Shown here in pieces: positions 12,097 through 24,489 of a stretch of DNA of 64,000 bases. The notes beneath the pieces were generated by a model that was given only the letters and a program-made list of their open reading frames with translations, was not told where the DNA came from and searched no databases. Both the position numbers and the translations under genes were made by a program. The stretch comes from Octopus bimaculoides. Lineage: Eukaryota. Positions within the stretch are counted from its first letter, which is position 1, and each line of letters opens with the position of its first letter. The DNA is taken from the NCBI RefSeq assembly GCF_001194135.2, contig NC_068985.1, forward strand, positions 16,508,684 through 16,572,683, read 5' to 3'.

Positions 12097-13470
12097 ATGA
12101 CTGAGACATGGGCAGCAGTTGGAATTGGCCAAATGGAAGATTTACCTGTTCATGTAGCAGTAGAAGAATTAATACGTATGGTATTTCTAGAACAAAAGCA
12201 ACAATTTGTAAGAGATAAATCTTCAATTACCCTTGATATAAAATCATGCAAAACTGGAAATGATAGCACTCAACAAGAATTATTTAAAATTAAATTATAT
12301 TGTATCAGCGGTGTTTCAGACATTTCTATGTATCTTAAGGACGGATTAATCAAAACATTGCAATTCTTAGTAGAAAGAATGCAATCCTTTATTAAAAATG
12401 AAAGTCACTTATGTCAAATTGAAAAGTGTCATTTGAGTGACAACCATGCTTTGCAAAGGAATTATTTTTTTATTAAAAATCCTCAAAATAAAACCACTGA
12501 CTTAAGTGAAATTACTCAAAGTATCAACAAAGTCCTTCAAAGTCAAGCTACATGGTATTTGAGAATCTACCAAAATCATGTACATATGCTGAGTGAATGT
12601 AGCAAAATTCTTGATTATCTGAAAAAATTAAGAATTCTAAACCCATCAGATGAATTCAAGTATAAATTAAAAGTATCAGGTATTAAATGCAATCCTGATT
12701 TATCTGCTAATAACTATATTGAACTGTGTAATAAAAGAATACTCACTGGTTTCCATCAAAATACTAAAACTGGTAAGATAGATGATATTTCAGGAAAGAC
12801 TTTCATAGGTACTACAACATCTTTAACTATTTCTACCAAGGAAAATATTTATCGGAATATCTTTACTTTGACTTGTCTTGGTTTTCTTTTCCCACTTGCA
12901 GAAGAAGATGCTGGAGAAAAACAGCATTTAATTGAATTTTTCTCCTTTGGTCCCTATGGCGAACCCTTAAAACTTCCACATACAATTTTAAATTTTATTT
13001 CATGGGAGAAATACAATCTAAAAGCTTTGCTAAATAATCCCTTTGAAAATACAAGCAGTTCTTTACGGCCAGAAGTATGTCTTATTACACAACTAACAAA
13101 TGGAAATACTTTGAAATGTCAAAAGTTTTGTGTTGTTATTTATATAATATTTGACAATACTGATAAAAGAGATGCGATGAGCTTACATGTTCTTGGATAT
13201 CTACATAACAACTTGAAGTCTATTTTTGACACCAATGAAAGAAATGTAAGAATAGCAATAGAAAGTTTCACAAATCTTGTCTTTCATACAAATACTTCAA
13301 ATCATGAAAATACAAATGAAGACAGTTTTTCAAGTGTTAGTGAATCGATTGCAAACATCGTTCGAAGATCTACAAATGATGAATTTCGAGAAAGCTGTTT
13401 TCATACCATGAAATCTAGTTCAGTGCAAGAAATGAAAACTACAATAACAAAAAGGTTGAAAAAGCTTTGA
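12097..13470 (+). CDS. TOP6BL: Type II DNA topoisomerase VI subunit B-like (TOPOVIBL/DUF4554 family), 457 aa from first ATG, single coding exon
   Basis: Uninterrupted 1374-nt ORF. FFSFGPYGEPLKL...SWEKYNL matches my recollection of vertebrate IFLYGPLGLPLIL...DWKKYHL (WKxY motif). SVSESIANIVRRSTNDEFRESCFHTM matches [27 protein letters not shown]. The N-terminal VAVEELI lies where the degenerate GHKL N-box is expected. This is recognition from memory, not a computed alignment. Confidence 0.8.
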   Translation: MTETWAAVGIGQMEDLPVHVAVEELIRMVFLEQKQQFVRDKSSITLDIKSCKTGNDSTQQELFKIKLYCISGVSDISMYLKDGLIKTLQFLVERMQSFIKNESHLCQIEKCHLSDNHALQRNYFFIKNPQNKTTDLSEITQSINKVLQSQATWYLRIYQNHVHMLSECSKILDYLKKLRILNPSDEFKYKLKVSGIKCNPDLSANNYIELCNKRILTGFHQNTKTGKIDDISGKTFIGTTTSLTISTKENIYRNIFTLTCLGFLFPLAEEDAGEKQHLIEFFSFGPYGEPLKLPHTILNFISWEKYNLKALLNNPFENTSSSLRPEVCLITQLTNGNTLKCQKFCVVIYIIFDNTDKRDAMSLHVLGYLHNNLKSIFDTNERNVRIAIESFTNLVFHTNTSNHENTNEDSFSSVSESIANIVRRSTNDEFRESCFHTMKSSSVQEMKTTITKRLKKL

Positions 13471-15689
13471 ATATTCTTAATTAAAACTTATTAAAAAAAT
13501 TGAGTTTCTCCAATTTTATTTATCAAACAAATATTTCAGCATTAAAATATTCCTATAGAATTAAATTGTGCTCTCATTAAAAAAATTTTCTTGAATATAA
13601 CTATTTGGGATGCATCCTGTGACTTGTATAATTTGGGAGTGTCAGCTTAGACTATCTGGTCATGTTGCTTAATTTTTCAAGTTGTATCTTGCATACTGTG
13701 TTCTCTTCTCTGAGGATCCAGCTGGGAAAACAACTTGTGTTGGTCAACTATAAGCCTCGTGGCCACAACTGATGCTGAAATGTTTCATTAAGATGGAGAC
13801 TGGGACACTGCTCAGGATGACCCGAGCAGATACCAATAAATGCTGGATACAGTGATGTATGGCCTCTATACCTGACCTGATAACTACTTGATACAGTTTA
13901 CATCAACAATTCTATTGTAATTACTAAAAGACAATAAGTAATATTAAATATTTCAGCTTTGTGTCACAGTGCCATTGCAGACTATTGACTTTCAAAAACT
14001 GTTACACAAGCCCACGAAGAAGCTTCCATGTGGTCCCTCATCTCACTAGAAATAGCAACCAAATTTCTTTCATATTATACTTTCCAAGAGAAAAGACACA
14101 GGCTAGTATTTTAATCATATGTCTTGAATTCTATAATTCCAACAATTAATTGCTTATTTGGTAATTTGGATAATAATGTAACTGAAATAGCTATTATATC
14201 TTCATTAACATATTATACAGAAACTCAACAGTCCAGCACTACACGCTAACAAAATACTCATCAGCTAATAGCATTGATGTTTCATTGAGGTGCCTATCTA
14301 TAGCGAGATGAAATAAGTTTGTAATAGATGTCTTTGTCAATTACAGAACACAGTTAGAATTTTCTAAATGTCATGTTTGGAGACTCCGTTAGCTTCAATT
14401 TACAATGTATTTATCAAAAGATACAATTACTAGCATTTAAAAAGTAATTTTAAAAGCAATAAAAGAGATACTTACAAATATACATACATTTAGAACATCT
14501 CTTTTCAATACTAAAGAATGTTTGTGTTACCATATTGTTTCTGTCTTCCCGTTTCTTCATAACACTATACTGAATCAATTATCTATGCTGTTAATAATAG
14601 TGTGTTTATTGTATATATACAATATGTGTATGTATCAGATTGGGATATATAAACACTTAAGAATAAATAAAACCATTCAACTTGCTTTATTTCATGGCAT
14701 CATCCAACACACTTATCTGTATACAATTTCAAATTTTATATAAATATTGATTTACTATTTTAAACAAGGCCATAAACTTGGTGAGAATAGATGATTATAT
14801 CGACCACCCTAGTACTTGACTGATACTTATTTTATCAACCTAAGAAGGAACCCAGCAGGATTTTAATTCAGAATGTAAAAAGCTGTAACTGAATACCTCA
14901 AGCTATTTTGTCAGAGGAGTGCCATAGAACAATGTTATGACTCAGCAGGATTACCTTACAATGTAATCTGGGATCATGGTAGAAGCCATTTTATTTATGT
15001 CACCAATGCTTTTAGCAAAGAGTTGACTATTCCATCATACCTTTAGAAAGTAGGGTCTTTCTATGCAGAACTTGTCCAGGCAAGAACTTCTAATCTATCT
15101 AAAATATGGCAATCATTGTAGAAGGAAAGAGGTAATTCTTTCCTTTTTCTGGCTAGTATACATTAATCTAGTATTTAACATTTCCTTTTCAGAATAACTG
15201 TTTTCACAATAGATCCTATTCGCAAGTGAGAGACTGCTTTTTAAGATGACATTTTAAAACAGCTAATTTTGTCAGCTATTGAAAATGTTATGATAATGCA
15301 TAAGCACTTTTATTACTGATCCTGAAAAAGAAATTGTTTAATGTCCATTATGCTCAAAACTCACATATAAAGTACATTAAACATCACAGTTAGCTAAAAA
15401 TAGTTTAATTTTGAAGTTATAATGGTTATAATAGGAGTAAAAATTGCATTTCAAAAACTGACCTTCCTCTTCAAAGCCAGCTCCTGACAGTTGCTAACTC
15501 TCTACAAGTCTGAAGTGAGATCCCCAAAAGAATACTGTTCATTTGATTCACTGCTACTGTTGCCATTGAACACAAACATCCTAGACTGGTTTGCACAGAG
15601 TCACTCACCTACTCACTCCAAACTTTGATCCACAGACATGCTCTTTGCTTTTATCTTTTTTATTGTTACCAATGGCCTCTTCTCTTTGG

Positions 15690-16620
15690 AGCAAGCTGAT
15701 CTCAAGCTCCCTCCCTTTACATTCACGACTCAACATGTTAGGCCCAACATGACTCAACCTGTTAGACCCAACACTTGAAAGGTACTTTTTATGTGCCAGT
15801 TATGTGACACCAGCATCAGCCACAAATATTTCACTTGGCTTGATAGGCCTTCTTAAGCACAGCATATCACCAAAAGTCTCAGTCACTAGTTATTGTCTCT
15901 GAGGTCCAAATTTCGAAGATTATGCTTCACCACTTTATCTCATGTCTTCCTGGGTCTACCTCTTCCACAGTTAGAGATCAGCACTTCATTATACAGCTTT
16001 CCTCGCCCATACACATCAGATGACCATATCAGCATAGTCGTCTCTTTTGCACACCATATGCCTCTTATGCCCAACTTTTCTCTCAAGATGCTTACACTGT
16101 TGTACATGCACACTAATATTGCACATCCTGCAAAGCATACTAGCTTCGTTCTTTCAAGCCTATGCATGTCCTCAGCTATCAAAGCCCATGTTCCACTGCC
16201 ATGTAGCATAGCTATTTGCACACAGACATTATACAATCTGCCTTTCACTCTGAGGGAGAGGCCCTTTGTTGCCAGCAGAGGTAGGAGCTCTCTGAACTTT
16301 GCCCAGCCGATTCTTATTCTCACAGCCAAGCTCTCAGAGCATCCACTTCTGCTACTAACTTGGTCACCTCTAACTTACCCCACTAGCAGCTGATGGAGTC
16401 TATTTTCTGTGCTTATTGTACCCGTGTATCTTCCACACACAAAAACTATTTTCCCTGTTAACCTTCCTGATATTGCTGCACCGCTTATGTTCATAGCTTA
16501 GTGGGCACATCTTATGGATTTTCTACCTACATCTTTTCTCCAGATCAAGTAGGGCCATCTACCTGAAGGGATTTGTCTGCCTTCCTACCTACTTACTAAG
16601 ACTTTGGTTTTTGCTAGGTT
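15690..16620 (-). mobile_element. RTE-clade LINE fragment (reverse-transcriptase C-terminal region and 3' UTR)
   Basis: ORF 15940..16329 [16 protein letters not shown]...KGRLYNVCVQIAMLHGSGTW is the typical RTE post-RT segment. Confidence 0.8.
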
Positions 16621-16686
16621 AACTCTAAGGCCCTTCAATTCTAGACCTTGCTTCCATACCTGAAACTTCTTTAGTTCTGGTAGTGA

Positions 16687-16717
<31 letters not shown>

Positions 16718-17421
16718 GACTGGAGTCTGGTGCACCTTCCAGTGTGCCAGCCCAGTCAAATAGTCCAACCCATGAACCCATGCCAACATGCACAATGGAC
16801 ATTAAATGATGATGATGGGCTTCTTTCAGTGTCTGTCCACCATATCCACTCACAAGGCTTTGGGCTACAGCAGAAGACACTTGGCCAAGATGCCACACAG
16901 TGGGACTGACCACATGGTTGGGAAGTAACCACAGAGTTACACTTACTCCTAATAGATGGAATACCCTTGATCACAAGTCTGCTCAATCTGGAACTAAACA
17001 ACATTAATAAAACAAACAGGGAAATATATGACACATGTCTATAAAGAATAATAGTAACATGAAAGTGTCCTATTTCAGATTCTAAGTGATTCACCAAATT
17101 CACTTGTACAAAGGAATATCAAGCTGCACAAAGTTTTAAGTAATATGTAATATTTTTCAGCTGACTATAAACAAAATGCTTTTGCTTTATTCAATATTAA
17201 AAGTATTTTTTTTCTACTTGGTTTTTATTTTATCTGTTACTTATTTCAGTCATTAGTCTGCAGCCATGCTGGGGCACTGCCTTGAAGAATTTTAGTCAAA
17301 CAAATTGACCCCAGTACTTTTTTATTTCTTTTAGACCGGATACTTATTTTATCAGTCTCTTCACTGAACCACTAAGTTACAGGGATGTAAACAAACACTG
17401 GTTGATAAGTGGTGGCGGAGG

Positions 17422-17471
<50 letters not shown>

Positions 17472-17953
17472 GGCAGGCTTCAGTTTCCATCTACCAAATC
17501 CATTCACAAGATTTTGGTTGGTTTGAGCCCATAGTAAAAGGCACGTGCCCAAGGTGTGACACAGTGGGACTGAACCCAGAACCACATGGCTGGGAAGCAA
17601 ACTTCTTACCACACAGCCATGCCTGCACCTATGATGTTAAAATATTTAATCTTGCTCAGCCAATATTTGAATGTTTGGAATTATTTATTATCAATACTAT
17701 GTTATGTTTCTCATAATGTTGACAGATTCATTAAAATAAATGTATCAAACTTACTTAATAATGTTATATGTTAATATAATATAAAATAATATATTTAATA
17801 TTTTAAACATTATTTAATTTAATAATATTTAATACATTAATTTATAGATTAAAAATCAATTGGAATAAAAACAGCAAAAAAAAAAAAATAGAAACAAAGT
17901 TTTATTTAATTTCGAAATAATTAAAAATCGTAAAATTTCCAAATATTTTTTGC

Positions 17954-18493
17954 TCAGTCATATTTTCCTTGTAGCCAATCAAAGCGAGAATATTTATTAT
18001 TGCCAAACTTATACCAAGCTTCTTTAGACCATTTCCAAAATGCTGCCGTTTTTACACCTCCTTTTGAATAATCTTCCTTCCATAACTCTCCTTTAGTTTT
18101 AAATTCCATCTGTTTATGACGAGGTTTTAAGTTACACTCAACAAACAGACGACGATGCCTATAAACAAAATAACATCCTTTGCACCTGAGTTTTGGATAC
18201 AGCTTCATTTTGTAAGTACGTTTTTGCTGCCAAGGGAATCCAGTAGTTGGCAGAATGGAAAACAAACTTGAATTATTAGACAAAAGACAGGATGGTGATT
18301 TTGAAATTAAAGGTCCACTACCAACATTAAAATTCTTTGTAGAAAAAGACTGGCTGCATGTTGACTTGGTACTTAAGGCTCGAAGAATTGTTTGGTTAGA
18401 ATTTCCTGATATAATAGTCTTTTGAGTGATTCCATTGAATATAGATGAAAAGTTTCTATGAAAGTTCAATGAAGCTCTTAGTACGCAATTCAT
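17954..18493 (-). CDS. MRPL36: Mitochondrial large-subunit ribosomal protein bL36m, 179 aa, single coding exon
   Basis: YKMKLYPKLRCKGCYFVYRHRRLFVECNLKPRHKQ is the L36 CCCH zinc ribbon. It follows a ~95-aa Ser/Arg/Lys-rich, acid-free presequence. The acceptor TTTTGCAG| at 18504 lies 10 nt before the ATG at 18493. Confidence 0.92.
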   Translation of the reverse strand: MNCVLRASLNFHRNFSSIFNGITQKTIISGNSNQTILRALSTKSTCSQSFSTKNFNVGSGPLISKSPSCLLSNNSSLFSILPTTGFPWQQKRTYKMKLYPKLRCKGCYFVYRHRRLFVECNLKPRHKQMEFKTKGELWKEDYSKGGVKTAAFWKWSKEAWYKFGNNKYSRFDWLQGKYD

Positions 18494-21400
18494 CTTGACA
18501 TACCTGCAAAACAAAAGCAAAAAAAATAAATTTTTTTTTTGATATTGAACTGTATTTGTGACATGGAACACAATCACATCGCTTCACATCTATTTTTCCA
18601 CACTTGCATGAATCAGACAAAATTTTGCTGAGATAGGTTTTCTACACTTTGATACTCTTCCTTTCACCAATCCTCATCTGTTTGCAGGCAAGACAATATT
18701 TTTCATGACCAAACATGTTCTTAATGGAAGACCAGAAACAAATAACATCACTTATATAATGGTAATGTTTGTATACAATCATCACATGCTGTCAAGACAA
18801 GAGTACACAAACATGCTTTAATCAACCTGGGGTAATAGGACACTTGCCAAGAGCCATGTAAAGGCACTAAATCCAAGCTTAAATACTGGTTGGAAAGCAA
18901 GCTTCTGTACTACACCCATGCTGGTCCACATAAAAAGCACCCAGTATACTCTGTAAAGTGGCTGATGTTAAGAAGGGCATCCAGCCATATAAACCAAACC
19001 AAATCAGACTAGAACCTGGTGCAGTACTCCAGTTTGCCAGCTCTGGTCAAACCATCAAATCCATGCCAGCATGGAAAACAGACATTAAATGATGATGATT
19101 TTAAAAAAAGAGGTTAAGTGGAAATCACAAGGAATCTGAATTAATGGACCAAATGTATTATATTATACTACAAAGTACAGGATTTAAAAACATCTTGGAT
19201 TAACTTCCTCTGTCATTCCTAGACAGTTAACATACTTCCTACAAGAATAATCTGTATCTTTTTACAATAAAAAATGTTTCAAACAAAGAAATATAGAGCA
19301 GGGTGTTGCTCAGTAATAGATATTTTTTTGAATGAGAATTTGAGTTTGTATCCTTTTAAATCCCGAAGATTGATTGAGCCAATGGGGAAACTTCTGTGTG
19401 GTGTGCAAACCTGAAAAAATACCAGTCAAATTTCCCTCTAATTTCTTCTGTCTTGCAAAAAGGGAAGAACATTATTTGATGTGTCTTAAATACTGCAAAA
19501 AATACTGGATGCTCAAGGTTGGAAAATCTTAGATCACAGGTCTGCTGACCTGTGAATACACTAAGACAACACACCACCAAGGTTTATTTATTTGCATGCA
19601 ACAATAAATTCTGGAAGAATCACTGATGGCAAATTTCTTCTCACACTAGAGACCAATATGTAAATTTTTTTGTTTTTCCGATGTTACAATTTTTTTTTTT
19701 TTGCTAAATGGATGGCTATTTAACAGTTGTTAACTATTTAACAGTTGTTGCTTAACCTCCAGTTAACCTGTGATCAAAATTAGTCAAGATATAACCATCT
19801 TGTGTTGTTAAATGTATCTACTATCCAATGTGTCCTTTCTTTTTAATGATGATGGGGTTTGATTTGAGGGAGACTTGGCTGCTATTTATAGCAGGTCTGT
19901 TGACTTGAGTTTTCACAACCGTTGAATGTAGAAATGTACCCCTTACTTATCCTGTTGCAGTGTGATTGAGGTCTTTATCTGGAAATTCTCCTTTGACTGG
20001 ATTACACAAACCCATTAACTACATAATGAATTTGAGGATACATTTTTACCAATTTGAGTATCTATACTTATCTACGAAAGTTTTTCCAACACCCGATATC
20101 AATGCCAATTTCAATTCTTTTAATTTTACTAATACTTTCTCACTCATGAGGTGTGTCAAACACAATAGAGAATATTTATCAATCAAATGGGGAAGCTGAA
20201 AGAAGGAAACGACACATGCAAAAACATTTAAAATTTTATGAGTGCATAAGAAAAAATACTAAGACTATTGCATAATTGGTTAATGCTTACAAATATTAAC
20301 CGTATAATTTAATTCTTTGTGAAGATGATGAAATGAGGAAAGAAATTAGTGCGATGGTCGCATAAATCGGTCAAACCGGGTCAAACGCTTTAGTTTGACC
20401 CATACATTTAGATTCTGCATATTGGTACACTCGGCACAACTATATGCCGGTTTATTAATCCTATTAAGTTATATCAAAAGAAAAAGTCTGGAATTATTTT
20501 CAGCTTAAGTAGAATCGTAATTAGGTGGGAGAAGGTTTAAACTGTGTAATTTATCAGGAATACTGTACCATTTTCTTTTTCAACAAATCAATTAAATAAA
20601 AACACTTGGAATTAATTTTTAAAAATTCAACTTCCTAAAAGAATAATACTCCATAATATACAGCGAATTTGTATGTGTCAAATATTTATATGTGTTATAA
20701 TAATTAGAAATGAATATCTCATAAAATGTATTAAACAATAGTATTATAAATTAAATTAAATTATATAGAGATACAGTTTTATAAACATGAAAGGGACATT
20801 TGACTTCAAAGAAACATGAAAAACGGTGTAGGTCATATATTAGTGTAATATGAAGACGATAACGTGAGACAAAACAAAGCAATTTAAACACAGAAATTAT
20901 TTGAAGAAGAAAAAGAATACTTTATACCATATGTGTTAATAAATGTAGGCTGTTAATTTTCTACAATATATACTTTTCTCAATACGAACTGAAGTGCGTA
21001 AGTCACATTTTAAAAAGAAACATGGTCTCACCAAGGGAGATAATCGTGTATGCACAGTAACTAACAAGGTCATAACAATAGGTCTTCAAAGATAACTGGA
21101 AAATACTCTTGTCAAGGAAAGATTTTCTATGTGGGCCCTCGATTTATTACAAAAAGCTATCAATATCCCAAATCACATACTGCTGTCTTAAAAAAAAATT
21201 GAGTATGTTAGATGATGTAATCTATTTGCAAAAAGAGAAATAATGACTTCCAACCTTGTACTGGGGATGAACAATCATTCTACAATAAAATGGGGCTGGG
21301 AAGAGGCGTGTTGTTAGTAACCTCCAGTCGATTTTCTTATTAAAAAGAATATAAATACCTTGTTTATTGTGTCAAGAAAACATGGAAAACATTATTTTCT

Positions 21401-22346
21401 TTTTCGTCGGAACTAAATGCTCTTTTGTAACAGTTAGGACATATTTGTTCAGATATTTATTATCTTGGAAGCTGATTTGATTAAGATTTGGATTTAGTTT
21501 GCTTCAATCACAAAATCTGCATTTTTTAAATGGAAGTAAAAAATCTGAAAATCGGTTTTATTTATGAAACAAACTTGATCCCAACATGTTGATTCAGAAG
21601 CCTTAAACCCCAACCAAATAAACTGAAGTATGTAAGTGTACCCTCCTTCGTATTGATTTATAGCCGACAGAATGGCTTATATTGAGTGGGCGGGGCGAGG
21701 GACGATAATATTGACCCCACCCCCAGTCCTTCATAAGTGTTTTATCGACCCTGGAAGGATAAAAAGCAATTTTAACTTGGACGGTATTCGAAATCAAAAT
21801 GTAGAAGCGTAATTCTAATGATGAATGAGGCACAAAGCGAAGACTTTTGAGGGAAGAGAATAATCGCTTCATCCTCAGAAGGATAAAAGGCAAAATTGAC
21901 CTCGATGGGAGTCGAATTGAGAACGTAAAGGGCCATAACACACTACCACAAGGCTTTCTGTCTGTCACTCGACCGATTTCCCCAAACAAGCATTATTCAA
22001 TGAGAAAAGAAGCATGGTCATTCTTTACACAAGTGACCTTATCTTATCGCCCACCACTTGATATGAGAAAATAAACTGGTTTGATAGTTGAGCTCTGATA
22101 GGCTGTATGCAAATGAGTTCGTAACTGGGGTCCGGAACTCTCGTGGGAATAAAGACGAAGATGTTTTTTTAATTTTTTTTCCCACCTGGATGATTCAGTT
22201 AATTGCTGGTACCGAACTATATTATCCAAAACTTATCGACCCTTATCTCAGTTATCTATATTTTGATATCTGTGAACAAATGAATTTGGAACTCAGCCTC
22301 AAAACATTTGATAAATGCAGTGAAACGGCTCAGCTGTTCCTAATAT

Positions 22347-22960
22347 TGGTTTCAAATTTTGGTGCATGTCCAGCAATTTCGGGGAGGAAGTAAATCAATT
22401 ATGTCGACTCCAATGTTCAACTGGTAGTTATTTATTTTATCAACTCCGAAAGGATGGAAGGTAAAGTCGACCCCGGCGGCATTTGAACTCAGAACGTAAA
22501 CTCGGAAGAAGTGCCGCTCAAGCATTTTTTTCCCGGTTCTGCCAGCTCGCTGCCTTAAAAATCTTCTTAATATTAATGGTTTCAAATTAGAAGTGGTGAG
22601 CTGGCAGAATCGTTAGCACGCCAAGCAAAATGTTTAGCGTCATTTCGTTCGTCTTTACGCTCTGAGTTCAAGTTCCGCCAAGGTCGACTTTGCCTTTAAT
22701 CCTTTCGCGGTCGATAAAATAACTATCAGTTGAGCACTGGATCGATTTAATCGACTTAGCCCATTCCCCAAAATTGCTGGCCTTGTGCCAAAAATTGAAA
22801 CTAATATTGGTTTCAAATTTTGGCACAATTTCGGAGGAGTGGGGCTAAGTCGATTAAATCGACTCCAGTGCTCAACTGGTACTTATTTTATCGACCTCGA
22901 AAGGATGAAAGGCACTATGCTTTTGCCGGTCGTGCTAACGATTCTGCCAGCTCGCCGCTT
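22347..22960. mobile_element. Cluster of three tRNA-derived SINE family B copies in alternating orientation (-, +, -)
   Basis: Unit GGTGAGCTGGCAGAATCGTTAGC...GAGTTCAAATTCC...GGCCTTGTGCCAAAATTTGAAACC at ~22347-22557 (-), 22592-22810 (+), 22806-22960 (-). Further copies at ~21690-21800, 25215-25425, 29505-29660, 46570-46700, 46965-47170, 63000-63180. Confidence 0.8.
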
Positions 22961-24489
22961 AGAGTCTCTTTGTTTTGGGGCGCTGTGCACTGAACTCATA
23001 GGGCGCCACTTCATAGCTAACATTTGCATTGTTCTCTTTGCTGGCAAGCCTTTACCCAGAAATTGACTTAAAAATTTCATGCATTTGCTGAACAGAACCC
23101 GTTCTCACCTCCTCTTCCACAGTCTTCACTCTACGCTATTGAGTACGTTATCTTGCACAAAAGGATAGAGATGCTCACTCAATGCAATTTTACAATCAAC
23201 CAATGTGGCGACTACTGCACCATCTTTGTTCAGCAGTGACAAATGGTCGAAATAACGCAATGACACTTGCAAACGAAAGGCTGGGTGCTTTTTCATGTGT
23301 GTAAATTTATTTCTGCATTTACACTATATTACGGAACCTGGACTAATTTTTCGCTCGCCATGGAAATAAACTCTGAGTTTAGATGTAACTGGAAACATTA
23401 CACCTAAAATGACCACTTCACGAAGACAAGCTGTAAGCAGTGAAGCCAGTCCGCACTGCTGACATTCTTTTAATTTGATGAAACCGAGAAGGTAATCTGA
23501 TTATCAATTTGTTATGGTAACTACAGTTTTATAGTGAATAGCCTTCCTCGATTTCGAACATAGAATCTTTAAGCTTGACTGTCAAAACCGTTATATTTGG
23601 CAATGATGATCAGAGATAATTACCACTAGCGATTAATAATATATTTGGTAATGTTGGCTAGAGTTAATTTGGGATATATCCCTGAATTCTATTATAAATC
23701 TACTAACACTTTCCCAACCAATCATGTTTGATGCCACTTTTGGATAGGTGTTGATAGACAAAAAGAAAAGTTTGATTTTTATACTCAAAGTTCTCAGGGA
23801 ATATTATAGAACTTTTTAGTGAGATTATAAAATCCCCGGAGTTCAACTCATTTATGCTGTAACCAGAAGCTATGACCTTCATTTATATGAAATCTTTCAG
23901 CTCATCTTTCAGCACATCTTTCAACAATTTCATTATTTCCTAATTTACACACAACAAATTGTATGTTTTCTGTTGTGTCTGGAGAGAGTCATTTTCTTAT
24001 CGTGCCTATGTTATGTTTATTAAAATGATTAGTGTTATTAATAAATATTATTGAAGAAAATTCTGTCCTCTCAGCCTGCTTTTACTATTGATCATTCAAC
24101 ATATTAATTATAACACAGCAATAGTTTCTTTGAATGGGAAAGAAATTTCGTTAATTTTCTCCCTACCTGCCCAATCAAATATTTTTTCTCATATTTTAGA
24201 TCGCATGCCTACATTGTTCGTATTCGTAGTATATTGCTTTATGCTAGTAAATTGTGAACTTGAACGCATTTTATTTTATTTATTTATTTATTTATTTTCG
24301 CATCTCATGAAGTTTATTATAAATTTACTTCTCTTTGGTTTACTGTCAAAATAAATTCAATCAATTGAATCGAAATTTAAACTGAACCTACCGTTTCGTT
24401 CATAATGGCAATACCAAGATAAGATAGTTGTGTTCAGAAAATTTTGACAGAAAGCTTATACGTGATTGATCCGTTCGATTATGATTTTA

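Noticed and set aside
18494-18577. ORF-track N-terminus of MRPL36 and 1457-1485 of the ZNF ORF
   Set aside because: Both are intronic polypyrimidine tracts upstream of clear AG acceptors.
23100-23760. Moderately GC-rich stretch as a hidden exon or transposase
   Set aside because: All frames I tried were interrupted and gave no recognisable motif.
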